Shown: positions 1-12,129 of the stretch, piece by piece
Position numbering within the stretch: position 1 is the first letter of the stretch
Layout: every line of letters starts with the position of its first letter
Origin: Camelus dromedarius
Taxonomy: Eukaryota
Assembly: GCF_036321535.1 (NCBI RefSeq)
Contig: NC_087472.1
Coordinates: 82,336,001 to 82,400,000 of the forward strand
Reading direction: 5' to 3'
Length of the DNA stretch: 64,000 bases
Position numbers and translations under genes: made by a program
Notes under the pieces: generated by a model
What the model saw: only the letters and a program-made list of their open reading frames with translations
Database searches by the model: none
What the model was told of the DNA's origin: nothing

Positions 1-1530
1 TGCATATATATTCATATATACATATATGTGCACCCAGATAGATACAGAAATAGATACATGCACCTGGGTTAGTACACATTTCTGCCACTGAGAGGCAGAA
101 GCAGTGACACTGCTGTAGTAATGAGCAAACCCACATCCAGATCTTCACTTTTAATGTATTCTCCAATAGAAGGAGCCAACTCTCCTTAGAGAAATTATTA
201 ATTCTAAGACCGGGGCAGAGAAAATATAAGTAAGCCTGGAGCATTTTATAGTACCTGAAAGTAAGGAAATACTCAAAAAGAAAAAAGATGGGGGCACGTC
301 AGAGGGAGACAGGAACCAACCTGAAAGAGCGCCCAATGGCCAAAACTGGAATAATTTGGGCAACAAAATAAATACCATAGTACTGGATTATAACCCAAGG
401 TATAAAATAAATGTCTATGAGTCCATACCAATATAAAGAAATTGTTGAATAAGTAGATAAATGAGAGAGAAGAGACAAACCTTCCTTACAGAAGAATTCC
501 AAATAATTTATGTAGGTAACCCCCCTCCTGCCTTAAGTGTGGAGTGGACTCATTGACTCGCTTTCAAACAACAGAGCATAGAAAGAGGAACATAGTGACT
601 TTATAGTGGAGAAACCTGGCTGACGACCCCTCTTAACCAAAGAATCAAGTTAGCATCACCAGTGATAAGTCATGTGGATATCACGTGCCCCCTGAGGTGA
701 TGTTCTGAGAAGGGCACTTTACCTCTGTGGTATCCTCCCCCCAAAACCCACAATCTTCATCTAAAAGTGAAAAAAACTTCAGACAGGTCCAAATTGAAGG
801 GCATCCCACAAAATACCTGGCCAGTGCTCTTTTTAAAGTGTCATGGTTGTGAAAAACAAGGAAAGACTGAGACATTGTCACAGACCAGAGTAGACTAAGG
901 AGACTCAATGACAAAATGTAATGTGTCCTGCATGGGATCCCAGAACAAAGAAAGTACCTTAGTCCACAAACGCATGAAGTCCAAATACAGTCTGGAGTTG
1001 AGCTAATAGTAATGTATCAGGGTCATTCTCTTAGTTTTGACAAACGTACTATACTTAACATTAGGGGAAGTTGGGTGAGGGGTATACAGAACTCTTTGTC
1101 CCGTTTTTTCCATTTTTATGTAAATCTAAAACTATTAGAAACTGAACAGTTTTCTTCAATCAAAATTAAACAAACATGAAACCATGAGTTTACACCATTA
1201 TTTCCATTAATTACAGATTTTTATTTGTGAGATGTCAATTAGATAATAAAGAATTGTTAGTTTGTAACATAACTTTATAACTGCAGTTATTTTACAAAAA
1301 GAGTCCTTACCTTTTGGAGATAAGTACTGGAATACTTATCATAAAGTCTGGGATTTGCCTCAGAATCAGGTGAGGGGTGATCCGTGGGTAATGGCTAGAA
1401 GTTTAGGTAAAACAGGATTAGCCAGTGAGTTGTTCATTGTTGGAGCAGGGTAATGGGAATATGAGCCTTATTCAATACCTTCTACTTTTGAAATTTTCCA
1501 TAATAAGAAGTTTTTTAAAAGAGAGAAAGA
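1..1530 (+). mobile_element. Old L1 3' region (L1MC-like)
   Basis: gcaaacccacatccagatctt...cctggagcattttatagtacctgaaagtaagg and gaatcaagttagcatcaccagtgataagtcatg resemble L1MC 3' UTRs. Confidence 0.7.
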
Positions 1531-1554
1531 AATTACAGAGTTTTTACTTAATTT

Positions 1555-1940
1555 TTCAATTTATTTTTATTTTTAAATTTTGTAAGTTAAGGTATAGAGG
1601 GTGTACAACATTCTGTTCCTGGTGTACAACAGTGGTTCACAATTTTTAAAGGTTGAACTCCATTTATAGTTATTATAAAACATTGGCTCTATTTCCTGTG
1701 TTGTATAAAATATCCTTGTAGCTTATTTATTTTAACGTACAGTTTGTGCCACTTAATCCCCTACCCCTCCCTTACCCCCTCCCTTCCCTCTCCCTGCTGG
1801 TAACCACTAGTTTGTTCTATCTGTGAGTCTGTTTCTTTTTTGTTATATAAGCTAGTTTTTTTTTTGATTCCACATCTAAGTGATATCATACAGTATTTGT
1901 CTTTTTCTGTCTGACCTATTTCACTTAACATAATACCATA
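1555..1940 (-). mobile_element. L1 3' end (L1MA-like or artiodactyl L1)
   Basis: T-rich tail, ttatagttattataaaacattggct...ggtaaccactagtttgttct...gtgatatcatacagtatttgtc. Confidence 0.75.
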
Positions 1941-1964
1941 ATACTGAGCACAATTAAGTAAAAG

Positions 1965-2830
1965 TTTTATTTAATCTAAAAAATTGTATATTTGTACATC
2001 TTTTCTCTGAAAATCTGGGTTTCTTACCACATTAACATACTTGTTTCATCCTACTAGTTTAAATACATAATGAAAACAAGACTACCAAATGCAGATTAGG
2101 CTTTCTTTGCCCTTCTTTTCAGCCTTAGGGTATATCCCACTAGGGATGCACAATCAAACCACTGAGTTTTAAAGTCACTCTTTAAAAGTTTTAAAATAAC
2201 TCTTCTCTTTGCAATTATGCCACGAGCTTGACATAGAGTTAAGTTTGTTTATTTCAATTTGTCTTTTTTAAATTAGTTTTTATTGAGATAATTATAGAGT
2301 CCCATGCAGCTTATAAAGAAGTAATACAGAGACATCCTTGTAGATGTTGCCCAGTTTCACCCAACATTAACGTTGTACAAAACTAGTATGTTGTCACAAC
2401 TAGGCTATTGCACTGATACACTCTTCCGATCTTATTCAGGTATTCGCATCAGTTTGTTTTTAGAGATTGCCTCTTATTTCTTCTTGACTTAGTTTTGGTT
2501 TTAGATTATGAAAAACATACATGATTGGAAGGTCAAACGTTTTAAAAGTTTTAATTTAATTTTTAATTTAACAACTTGAAAACACCAGGGATCTCTCCAT
2601 AGCAGTATGTAGACATCTTCTTCATTCCTATTTATACCTTCTTAGTACTCCATTATGGATATAAAATTATTTATTAAGCCAGTTCCCTATTGATGGACAT
2701 TTGGATCATTTCCAGTCTTCTTTTACGTTAATAACCTTGTGCATACATCATTTCACACTATTGTTAATGCCAAATTCCTTCCACAAATGTTGTACCACTT
2801 TCCACTCCTACCAGCATTGTATGAAAGTTG
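1965..2830 (-). mobile_element. Old L1 3' fragments (L1MB/MC/ME-like)
   Basis: Typical antisense L1 3' motifs: tttttattgagataatt..., ttccctattgatggacatttgg..., ttccactcctaccagca. Confidence 0.55.
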
Positions 2831-3289
2831 TAGACTCTCATTTTAAATTGTGATCTAAAGAACTGAACTAATCTTTCAGTCATATTATTAGTAAATATCT
2901 TATTTCATTCTAAAACTGTGCTTATATGTATAAATCTAGACAGAGAGAATTATAGATAAATTCTGTTTTATTCTTATGGTCCTCATCCATATCTGTGGAC
3001 TTGACCAGAATGATGTTAACTACAGTGGATTACTGTGAGATCACTATGCCCAAGAGAATTTATAATACTCAGAAATAGAGATAAGGTCTTTTGTCCTTCT
3101 GCTGGTTAACTTGGGTCAGTAGGCAGTGTCTTTGAATATTAATATGGAGGTATGAAAAAAATATTTGTTCTGTCTTTTTGCCAGACTCTAGAAAGTATTT
3201 GTTTGTCTTAAAGATACTCTTCGTATTTCTCACACACACCAATGAGGGCTCAAAAAGTTCAAAGGAGATAGGGACAAAATCTTGATGAG

Positions 3290-3960
3290 CCTTTTAAGAA
3301 ATGGCAGGGATTTTGGATTTTATCTTAAAGATACGGATGCCATCACAAGCAATTATATGATCAGACTTCCATTCTGAAAGCGTTCTTTGGCTATAGTATT
3401 GCTGTAGGGTTGGATTTGGATATGGGGAGCATTTGGAAGCCATTACAGTGATTTAGTAGGAACGTTGATGGCTAGGATAGATCAGTGTCAGTAGAGATGA
3501 ATGGAAGTAAATAGAACTTGGAGATATTTAGGAATTAGAATGGACAAGATTTGCGTAAAGGAAGTAAGGAAGCAAGAGTCAAAGTTGACTCTCTAGTCAC
3601 TGGCCTGAGCACCTAGTGTGTGAAGGTGCCTGAGAATAGATGGTGAAATACGTTTTGGACATGTTGAGTTTGAAGTTTCTGTGAGACATCTGAGTGAAGT
3701 TGCTAAAGATGAAGTTGAACATGTGCATTAGGAAGGAGCACAGAGAGAGACCATGGCTAGACACAGAGATTGGGGGGAGGGGTTGCTATTTAGATGGTTT
3801 AGAAGAGTATATAGAGGGAGAAGAAAAGAGGACTTGAGGACTGAGCGGCTCCCAAATTTGAAAAGAGTGGGCTCTGGAACAGGAGGAATACCTAGCAGAT
3901 GAGATAGCAAAGACACAGCTAAAGAGATGGAAGGAAAATCATGGCGGCAGAATGTCACAG
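3290..3960 (-). mobile_element. L2 fragment
   Basis: Purine-rich L2 motifs, e.g. ttttggacatgttgagtttgaagtttctgtgagacatc. Confidence 0.75.
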
Positions 3961-4519
3961 AAGCCAGGTAAAGAGAGTATGTCAGGAACAGTATTGGGAA
4001 ATGGAGGGTTTGGGCACTTCTAGTCCCATCCTCCATTAAATTCTCTTATTCCTCAACCAATATCTAGTGCTTATGCTATGCAGAGCTCCTATTCTGGCTT
4101 GGTTTTGAGACACGCCCCCTTTTTTCTGTCTCTTGATATCTCTATCTGGTAGCTGGAGATAGTGAAATAATAGAGGACAAATGGAGAGGCCTGCACTATT
4201 GTCCTAACTCTGTCACCAACTTTATCCATTTAGTAGTTTTGTTTCTTAATGCCTAATATCTATGAGATAGAGCTAGAAGCTCAGGACAGAGATGGGTAGA
4301 CATGGAAATAATTATGATGAGAGGAAGGAAGAGAAAGACCATTCACAGAGGAGGCAATACTGAGATTTGAAGGGTGACCAGGAGTTTGCCAAGTGATAGT
4401 GGCCAGGACGAAATTAGACAAAGGCTGTAAAGGTAAAGAAATCTCATGAAATGTAAAGAAAGAAAACAGAATGAAGCCAGGCCTCATAAAAACAAGAAAG
4501 AAAGACCTCAGGAACTGAG

Positions 4520-4750
4520 ATCACTGCTCCCTTCATCCCTCGGGATTTCGCATCTACTTTGCTCTGGAAAGACCAGCTCTCCCTGTTTACTCAAGGACTT
4601 GCACACGGCCCCCAAACAGGCTCCCCGGCTCCTCAGTCTGCATGACCTGCAAGGCCAAGTGTCTCCTTCTGCTTCTCTTCACATTCCAGACACATGCGCA
4701 CACACGCACGGTGGCGGTGGGTTGGGGATATGAATGGATGAGTGAATGAA
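4520..4750 (+). mobile_element. L2 3' fragment
   Basis: Pyrimidine-rich body ending in a gaatggatgagtgaatgaat tail. Confidence 0.5.
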
Positions 4751-5184
4751 TTTATCTGATTATCTCAGTCTCCTCCTTCTCTTCTAGAACCCTGAGTATC
4801 CTCAGTTACTGACCTGACCCTCTATTGGAAAACCTCCTTTTGAATCTGGGATCTGTTCCATGTCCAGCCAGGGCAAAATAAAAGGCCACTTCTGTTTCCA
4901 TGCTTGGCCTGGGGTTCTAGGTAGAAGAGTTTAATACTGTATGGAAGGCACGTTGACTATGAGTGGGAAAGGACGTAAGCTTAGAGACAGGGCGAGGAGC
5001 ATGTGGAATGGCCAGAAATGTGAGTTGGCTTATATGGTTGGGGCACTATTAATAATAGTGAACTGTTACTTTGGAACAAGATGCAAGATGAGAGAATGGA
5101 GATGAGGTAGGACATGTAATCATAAAAGCCTCTAGTGGTGTGTGTAACTGCATTGCTACACTTTATACTTGTCTATTGTCTCTT

Positions 5185-5335
5185 AATTCCTCTCAACAAC
5201 CCACTAAGCTTAATTACTATGTCCATTTTACAGATGAGAAAACTGCAGTTTAAGAGGTTGTGGCTTGCTCAAGGTCAGAAAGCTGGTGTGCTCCAGCCAG
5301 GCTTCCAGCCTAGGCAGTTTGACTCTAGAACATTT
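5185..5335 (-). mobile_element. MIR
   Basis: ccattttacagatgagaaaactg...gctcaaggtcag core. Confidence 0.8.
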
Positions 5336-5394
5336 ACTCTTAGTTGCCGTGATATGTCTAAGGCTTTTAATGCCATATTAAGGATTTTGATTTA

Positions 5395-5720
5395 TCCATT
5401 CAAAAGTATTTATTGAATGCCCATAATGTTCCAGGCCCTGTTCTAGATGCTGAGGATTTAACAGTGAGTAATTCAAAGTCCACGCCTACATGAAACGTAT
5501 ATTCTAGTGGAAGAGGCAAACTAACAAATAAATATGTAGTAATAATGGTGAGTAGTGATAAGTGCTATGAAGAACAAGAGCCAGGGAAGGGATAGAGTGA
5601 TGAGGATGCTACTTCAGATAGGGTGTTCAGAGAAGCCCTTTCTGAGGAGATGACATTTGATCAGACTTTAAAGTTTATTCTGTAGGTGGTGGAGCACATT
5701 GAAATAATTTTCCTAAGGTA
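5395..5720 (-). mobile_element. L2 3' end
   Basis: catt...atttattgaatgccc...ccaggccctgttctagatgctgagg. Confidence 0.75.
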
Positions 5721-5959
5721 ATAATATCACATTTGTACACTAGAGAGAGACTCCTAGACTCCATGTGAAAAATGTGGTAGAGGGTCGAAACTAAAGTCAG
5801 TAAAGAATTCCAGGCAAGATGGGATTTTGGAGTTAAACTTCTTCATTGTAATAGGAACTGAGAGCCCCTAAGAAGAAGGGGTTTGGTTCACCACATAAAA
5901 TCCAGGGATAAGACAGAGACCCTCAACCTTAAGCAGTGGCTAAGAAAAGCGCTAGCCAT

Positions 5960-6540
5960 CATATATAAAGTTATAGATAGGTCGGGGGACCTACAGAGAA
6001 AAACAAAAACAAGAAATCCCCACTTGAGATAAGTGTTTAAATGAAAATTTCAAAACACACAAGGGAAAATTAACATCCCGAAACAAACTCAATAGATAGG
6101 AAATTTGGTCTAAAGAAAATGGAAATAATAGAAAAATCTGAAAGGGATTTCAGAGTCCTCAGAAAGAGAGAGAGAAGGGCTAACATTCATAGAATAAGAG
6201 GCTCTTCTATTCAATAAATGTTGAAAAGTCCTTAAGAGGGCATGTGCGTGTGTGTGTGTTTGGAATCAATATGGCCAAGTTGAAAGATAATATCGAGGAA
6301 CCAATACAGAGCAAAGCACAGTTAAACAGAGATGATAAGTATGAAAGAGAAGCTAAAAGTCATGGAAGCCACATTGAGAATATCCAACATACATAAACAG
6401 AATTCTAGAAGTATAGAGGGAGTGATGAAGAGGGGAGACCTTACTCAAAAAAATAATTGTCCAGAACTTTCCCAAACTGAAGAAAGACTGTCCCCATCAG
6501 ATAGAAATAAGGTTTGGGGAAGAAAATCACTAATCCACTT
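5960..6540 (+). mobile_element. Degenerate L1 ORF1 region
   Basis: The 6332-6553 ORF (MKEKLKVMEATLRISNIH...) resembles the L1 ORF1p MEDRSRRSNI segment. A-rich sequence. Confidence 0.55.
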
Positions 6541-6824
6541 TTGGATCATCTGAGTTTGTGGTGACTGTGGGACACCTACCTGTAGATGTCCAGTACCAGC
6601 TGCGCCATATGGATCTGGCCCCCAGGAGAAGACTTTGGGCTAAAGGTGGAGTTTAGGAGTTGTAACCAGTAGGACAGGGCCCTTTTCACCTCTTGGCACC
6701 TCAGTTTCTACCCTACCAACTTGTAAGAATGAAATGAAGTGTGGAAGTACTCTGATAATCAAAACTAGTTGGTCTTATCTTGTCATCATTGTCATTACCA
6801 TAAATTCTGTTTCTTGTAGCGCCT

Positions 6825-7055
6825 CAGGACTAGAGGGTAAGAGCTGGGATTCTGGAGCCAGATTGCTTAGATTCCGCTGCTTTCTAACCATGCGACCTTG
6901 GACAAGTTATATAACATTTGTCTTGATCCTCAATTTCCTCATCTGTACCTTTCTCTTTGTGTTGTTATGAAGATTAAATAAGTTATTACATGTAAAGTCT
7001 TAAAATGGCACTTAGTGTGTGGTTAAATGCTCAGTAAATCTTTGCTGTTAGCTAT
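6825..7055 (+). mobile_element. MIR (near full length)
   Basis: aagagctgggattctggagccag...gaccttggacaagtt...tttcctcatctgta...tacatgtaaag...ctcagtaaat. Confidence 0.85.
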
Positions 7056-7219
7056 TAACTTATCTGCATTTCACAGGAACCTTCAGTATCTTATCCCAGA
7101 GGAATGACTAATATGAAAATCATAGTCTATGAGGATAATAAATTTAGATATCTGTGTGTTCCTGTAATACTCAAAGGATCTTTCTAGTTAACTGCTGACT
7201 TTTATTTGTCTACATGCGG

Positions 7220-7386
7220 AGTTTTGTTGCTGTTTGCAAATTGGCTGTAATGTTATCTGAACATTCAAGAACTCCTTTTTTTTTTTTGTGAGGTTTGAAA
7301 CTTGGAAATAATTTATGGGCATATGGAATCTTCTCGTGAAGGCATAGTAATGGTTCCATTTTTCTTGTTAAACTTAATCTTAGGCA
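7220..7386. repeat. Inverted repeat, left arm (~167 bp)
   Basis: Reverse complement aligns by hand to 8334-8498 with 8 substitutions and two 1-nt gaps (~94%). Confidence 0.95.
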
Positions 7387-8333
7387 GATACCTATGATTA
7401 TACCTCTGTTTTTGTTAATGTCTCTAGATTTATTAATACCAACATTAATATTTTTATGTTAGCTAGGAACTCGCCTAGAAGTAAGAATTATACCAGCCAG
7501 TTTGATTTCAGAGTGCAAATGGCAGTAAAATGAAAACAGAAAATCAATAGTTAACTGTGTGATGATTTTTTAATCCCTGGTGTGTTTGCTCAAGATGAGA
7601 TCATTTTCCAGATTAGCCTACCTTCCTCATCTGCAAGACCGCATCAGAGTCTGGCATGATTATTTACAGTTCTTTAGATGTTCTGTGAGACAAACAGGAC
7701 ATGCCAGGAACGGAACTGTCAAAGAATGACCCTGAACCTTTGCGTTCCACAACTGACTCGAAGAAGCATATTGCAGTTGTCATACCTGCATCATTTGGAG
7801 GTGTTCTCCCTCCTGTAGCCCAGGAGCTTGACTGCTGGTGCTGGCAGGGACTGCATTGAGGGACCTGCCTCCACATGAAGAGAAGGCTTTAAGGAGCAGG
7901 TAGGAGAACTGTATTTCTAGAGGGAGGAAGTAGAAAGAAGAGCTAGAGAGACTTACAGAGGATCATAGATGTAACTCCCGTGTACCAGAGTTACAAGAGT
8001 TTACATAGGACAGAAAATAAACTGATGCAATGATTGTGATCCGTTCGGTGTTGAGTGGCAGAGGTTCTGTCTCAGCTCCCACCTGTGAAAGTAAGAATAG
8101 ATCAGGGGTCTAAGTAACTTTTAAAAAAGTAAATAGAAAAATATGTTTAAACTAGCTGAACTAATACATCCAGTAGATAAAGACTTGCATGTAAGGTATT
8201 TGCACAATAATTGTGTTTTTTTTTTTTTTTTTTTTAGAATTAGTGAAGTTAAAAGATTTGGGGAAAGAAGGCAGGGTAGAAAAGAGAGAAGTTCAAGTAC
8301 CTGGGCCTGTGGACACTTTGCCCTGTGCCTAAG

Positions 8334-8498
8334 TGCCTAAGATTAAATTTAACAAGAAAAATGGAACCATTACTATGCCCTCAAGAGAAGATTCCATATG
8401 CCCATAAATTATTTCCAAGTTTCAGACCTCACACAAAATAATAGGAGTTCTTGAATGTTCAAATAACATTACAGCCAATTTGCAAACAGCAACAAACT
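8334..8498. repeat. Inverted repeat, right arm (~165 bp)
   Basis: tgcctaagattaaatttaacaagaaaaatggaaccattactatgcc...gcaaacagcaacaaact is the reverse complement of 7220-7386. Confidence 0.95.
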
Positions 8499-9005
8499 GA
8501 AACCATATATAGTAACCGATGTCTTAGAGGAACTCTGTAGACCTCTTGCTGCGAACAGAAACAAGGTTAGCTTGGAAACTTAGTTCCTCTCTAGCACCAC
8601 GAAACCCTGTCTGTCTCCTGGTCAGATGGAAAATAAAGCACAAGTGAGGTTCTCTTCACTTGTGAGGATTTGCAGTAATTTTTTTGCAGTAGTTTTTTAA
8701 AAGCCTCATGAAGAAGTAGAATATCACTATCCTTTAAACAAACTACATAAGTCCACGTTAGAGCAAGGGACAAGTATAACCTCCTCCTTCAAAAGGGTGA
8801 GCAGGGAGCATGGGGTTGTACAGGGGACCGCGAATCAAGTGGCTGAGGTTCTAGTCCCATCTGCCGTGAATTAGCTACTGACCTAAAGCAAGCCTTTCCA
8901 TTAAACTTCTAGTTCTAAAATTTGGTGACATGACTGAGTGTGATTTCTAAATCTGAAGGCCCCTCCCCTTTTGTTTTTTCCTTCAGAGCTTTAACTGAAA
9001 GAGAA

Positions 9006-9008
<3 letters not shown>

Positions 9009-9038
<30 letters not shown>
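9009..9038. repeat. (GT)15 microsatellite
   Basis: Read directly from the sequence. Confidence 0.98.
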
Positions 9039-9039
<1 letters not shown>

Positions 9040-9269
9040 GGAAGTTGGGGAGGTGGGTGTTTAGTAGTGAGCATTAGTAGTGAGAACACTGAGGCAAACA
9101 GTGAAGTTCCTAAAAAACAGAGCACGTTGTTGCTCACAACTGTCTTGCTTTATTTTCTGGGAATTTCAGAAAACCACACAGAGGGGCATCTTAACATAAA
9201 CAGCTAATCCAGAGGCCTGCTGCTGCTGCTGTTTTAGGATTATTTGCCATCTCTTGTAGCTGGTTTCCT

Positions 9270-9288
9270 CATCCACTAGGAGGCGCCA
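9270..9288 (+). promoter_or_regulatory. CTCF-like motif
   Basis: catCCACTAGGAGGCGCca, one mismatch to CCASYAGRKGGCRC, CpG retained. Confidence 0.4.
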
Positions 9289-9839
9289 TTGTCAAACAGC
9301 ACTTGGGACAAAAGCTCTTAGTCCTTTAAGCAAGAAATGGGTGGTAAATATAAGACCTTGGAAATGGTGAGAAATCAACCTCTGATATCTAGAAAGGCAT
9401 TAAAACAATACTCAGCTTCTAAAACTTGATCAACACTATCTTAGACCACATTTCAATTTAGAAGTGGCAATTTTTTTCAAGCCAGTCCTCTTTCAAAGAA
9501 TCAGAATTCCATGGGGGTATTAAGAGACTTTAGAGATTACTGAATCAAATCCCATCAGTTTACTGAGCAGTAATTGTCAACCCAGAAAGGTTCAGTAGCA
9601 TAAGCTAGGTCCCACAGGCAGTTACAGATAGACTTGAGAATAAACCCATATGTAGGGGTCATTTCTCATTATTCTTGGGTGTCCAACATCTGAAACCTCT
9701 TCCAGTATTTGGAGAGTCTCCCATCTAAAGAGTCTTGTTGGAGGACAAAGCCAGCCTTCTACTATAGAAGCTAAAATTGTTGGGTATTTGCTCTCCTTGG
9801 CAGTTAGGATATGGGAATATGACATAGGTTTCATGAGTC

Positions 9840-10200
9840 AGACACATCCACTCATGATGTAATAGCTAGTGACAAAAAAAAAAAAAGGAGTATGTGGAAC
9901 TTTTAAGTGACAGCAGGGACGATGACTGAGATAGTGTAGCAGCACTCGGGATGGCTTCCAGCATCTCGCCTGAACAGGGACCGTGGTGCAAGCTGCTGCA
10001 GCTGGCGGAGAACAGCTGCAGTGGTGTCCTCCTCACATCAGTTCAGGGCTTTGTTTCTGACTGCGTAGCCCCAGTCGTGGTTTTACAGCCCGCCCTACCA
10101 CTCTGTGAGCAACCCAGTGTCCTATTAATAAACTCCTTTTCTGCTTAAATCAGCCAGAGGTGGTTTCTTTTTCTTACAAGTAAGAGCCTTAACTGACCCA
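9840..10200 (+). mobile_element. MaLR (MLT1-like) LTR fragment
   Basis: The 3' end aataaactccttttctgcttaaatcagccagag...actgaccca resembles MLT1 termini. Confidence 0.65.
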
Positions 10201-11149
10201 GCATAAAGGAACAAGAGTGAGTAGAGGAGGGTGGCAGAAGACACCATCCTAAGAAGGGGAGTCAGTGGCCTTGTTAAGTAGTTGTAAAATCTGTGGTTGG
10301 ACTGCTACCTCTTATACTTTGAGATATCAGTCATGGCCTAGGAGGGCTATAAGATTAGGCATAGAGCTGGGGATAGGGTAAAAGTGGAGGACAGGCCAAG
10401 GGCTGGATATCCCAAGATGCCATGTTCTGATGAGGAATTCTGAGGATCACAAGAATTCGTAATAGAATCTAATATTCCAGGTCCTTGTGAATCAAGATGG
10501 AAGGTTAGAACACATTTAGCAATTTGTAAGTCTGATGTATAACTTTTAAATATTTGGACATATGGTGCTATGGGCTTCCATTTTTACTGGTGGCTCAGGC
10601 CCCGCAAATGTTCCAGGTGGGCCTAAACTAAGGGCGGCCACCAGTAACATGGCCAAAACAACGGTGAATCTGTACCCTACTGGTCCCAGGCAAGGTTGTG
10701 AGGCAGAAGAATTTGTGTTGTGTGCTCTGGTTTCCCTCTTGATGACCCTTCCCTTCCTTTGGTGCTCTGTCTCCTTGTTTCTACTCACCCTCAGTTGAAG
10801 ACCTTTTTGGTACATTCATTCCTTCAAGGAGCTATGAGCAGTCCCCTTCAGATGCTACCTAACCTGCAGCACCCACCAGTGGGAGTCTTCCTTTTAGATA
10901 CTGCTAAACATTCAGACCCACAAAACACCACAGGCCACACTTGACATCCGATCCACTTAGAAAGATACAGGGCAGGAAACAGTGCTTGCCAGCCAGGCAG
11001 TGCCAGGCATTCCTCTTCAAAGGAGTCCTTTCAGCAGGACATATGATAAAGTACAGTAAATATAATAGAGAAAAGAAACGTTTCCAAATAGTGTTGAAAA
11101 AACCAATTAGCAATTCAGAAGTCATTTTAGATCTCCCCCCACCGCCAGA

Positions 11150-11510
11150 AAAAAGAAAACCACAGACAGAATAGAGTTTATATAAATAGATCAGATCACA
11201 GGAAAGCTAGAAAAAACTAAAATTATTTAACAGATCTTTGGAGAGCTTTTATAACTTCAAAGGACTGAGATTCACAAAGAAAAACATCAGTAGATTTAAC
11301 TAAAATTGAAAAAGCTAGAAAATGAATTTGCTTCAATATTGACATAAAAGGGTTACATTCTACTGAACATAGATAAAGAGAGCTTACTCCAGTGGAAGGG
11401 AAGATGTTAAACTTCATACACAAATGGGCAAGAACAAGCATAGACAGTTCCCACCAAAAGAAATACAGCTTGTACATAGACATATAGGGATATGCTGTCA
11501 TTTTAATATC
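11150..11510 (+). mobile_element. Old L1 ORF2 3' fragment (L1ME-like)
   Basis: aaatgggcaagaacaagcatagacagttcccaccaaaagaaatacag. Confidence 0.55.
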
Positions 11511-12129
11511 TTGGACAATATATCAGAATGGCTTTATTAAGCAATTCCCATTTCAGTGCACATCCCGTTTCTCCATTGAAAACCTGCATGTTTCTATCTA
11601 CTTGCATTTTATAGTTAACAATCCTGTGTAAATACCTTCTCTGCTCCTTGTCCAAGTTCATTCTGAAAGAATTTGTATCCCATTTACAATATAGGTGGGA
11701 GAGGAGAGCTTAGCTCAAATCATGACCCCTTAAATATTTCCACGGTCTACTCTGAAATCCATCTGACACGTTAACTCATTTCCTAGTGCTCCAGACCTTT
11801 TTGTTATTTGCTTGTTAAAAGAAATGCCTTGAGATGCTGCTGTCCTCTTAACCACCATGTAGTACCCCTGCGCCCCCCGCCTCTTGCACTCTCTCATTCT
11901 TATCCGCTCCTCCTCTCCCTCTCCTCACTACTTTTCTTCACGACCTGTCTCACAGGCCGCTTACTCCATGAAGACTGAGTCCCACAAAGATATGCCCTTT
12001 CCTTCCATTGAAACTCTTTAATTTGCACTATTCTAACTAATTCCTCCTGAAGATGGCGTAGTTTAGATGGAGGAAGGATGGAAATAAAGGTCGAGTGTGC
12101 ATGACTCCTCTTTCTTTCAGAAACGAACT

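Noticed and set aside
1542-1963. 12 bp inverted match (ttttacttaatt / aattaagtaaaa) flanking an L1 3' fragment
   Set aside because: Short and almost entirely A/T, so plausible by chance. L1 insertion does not create inverted flanks.
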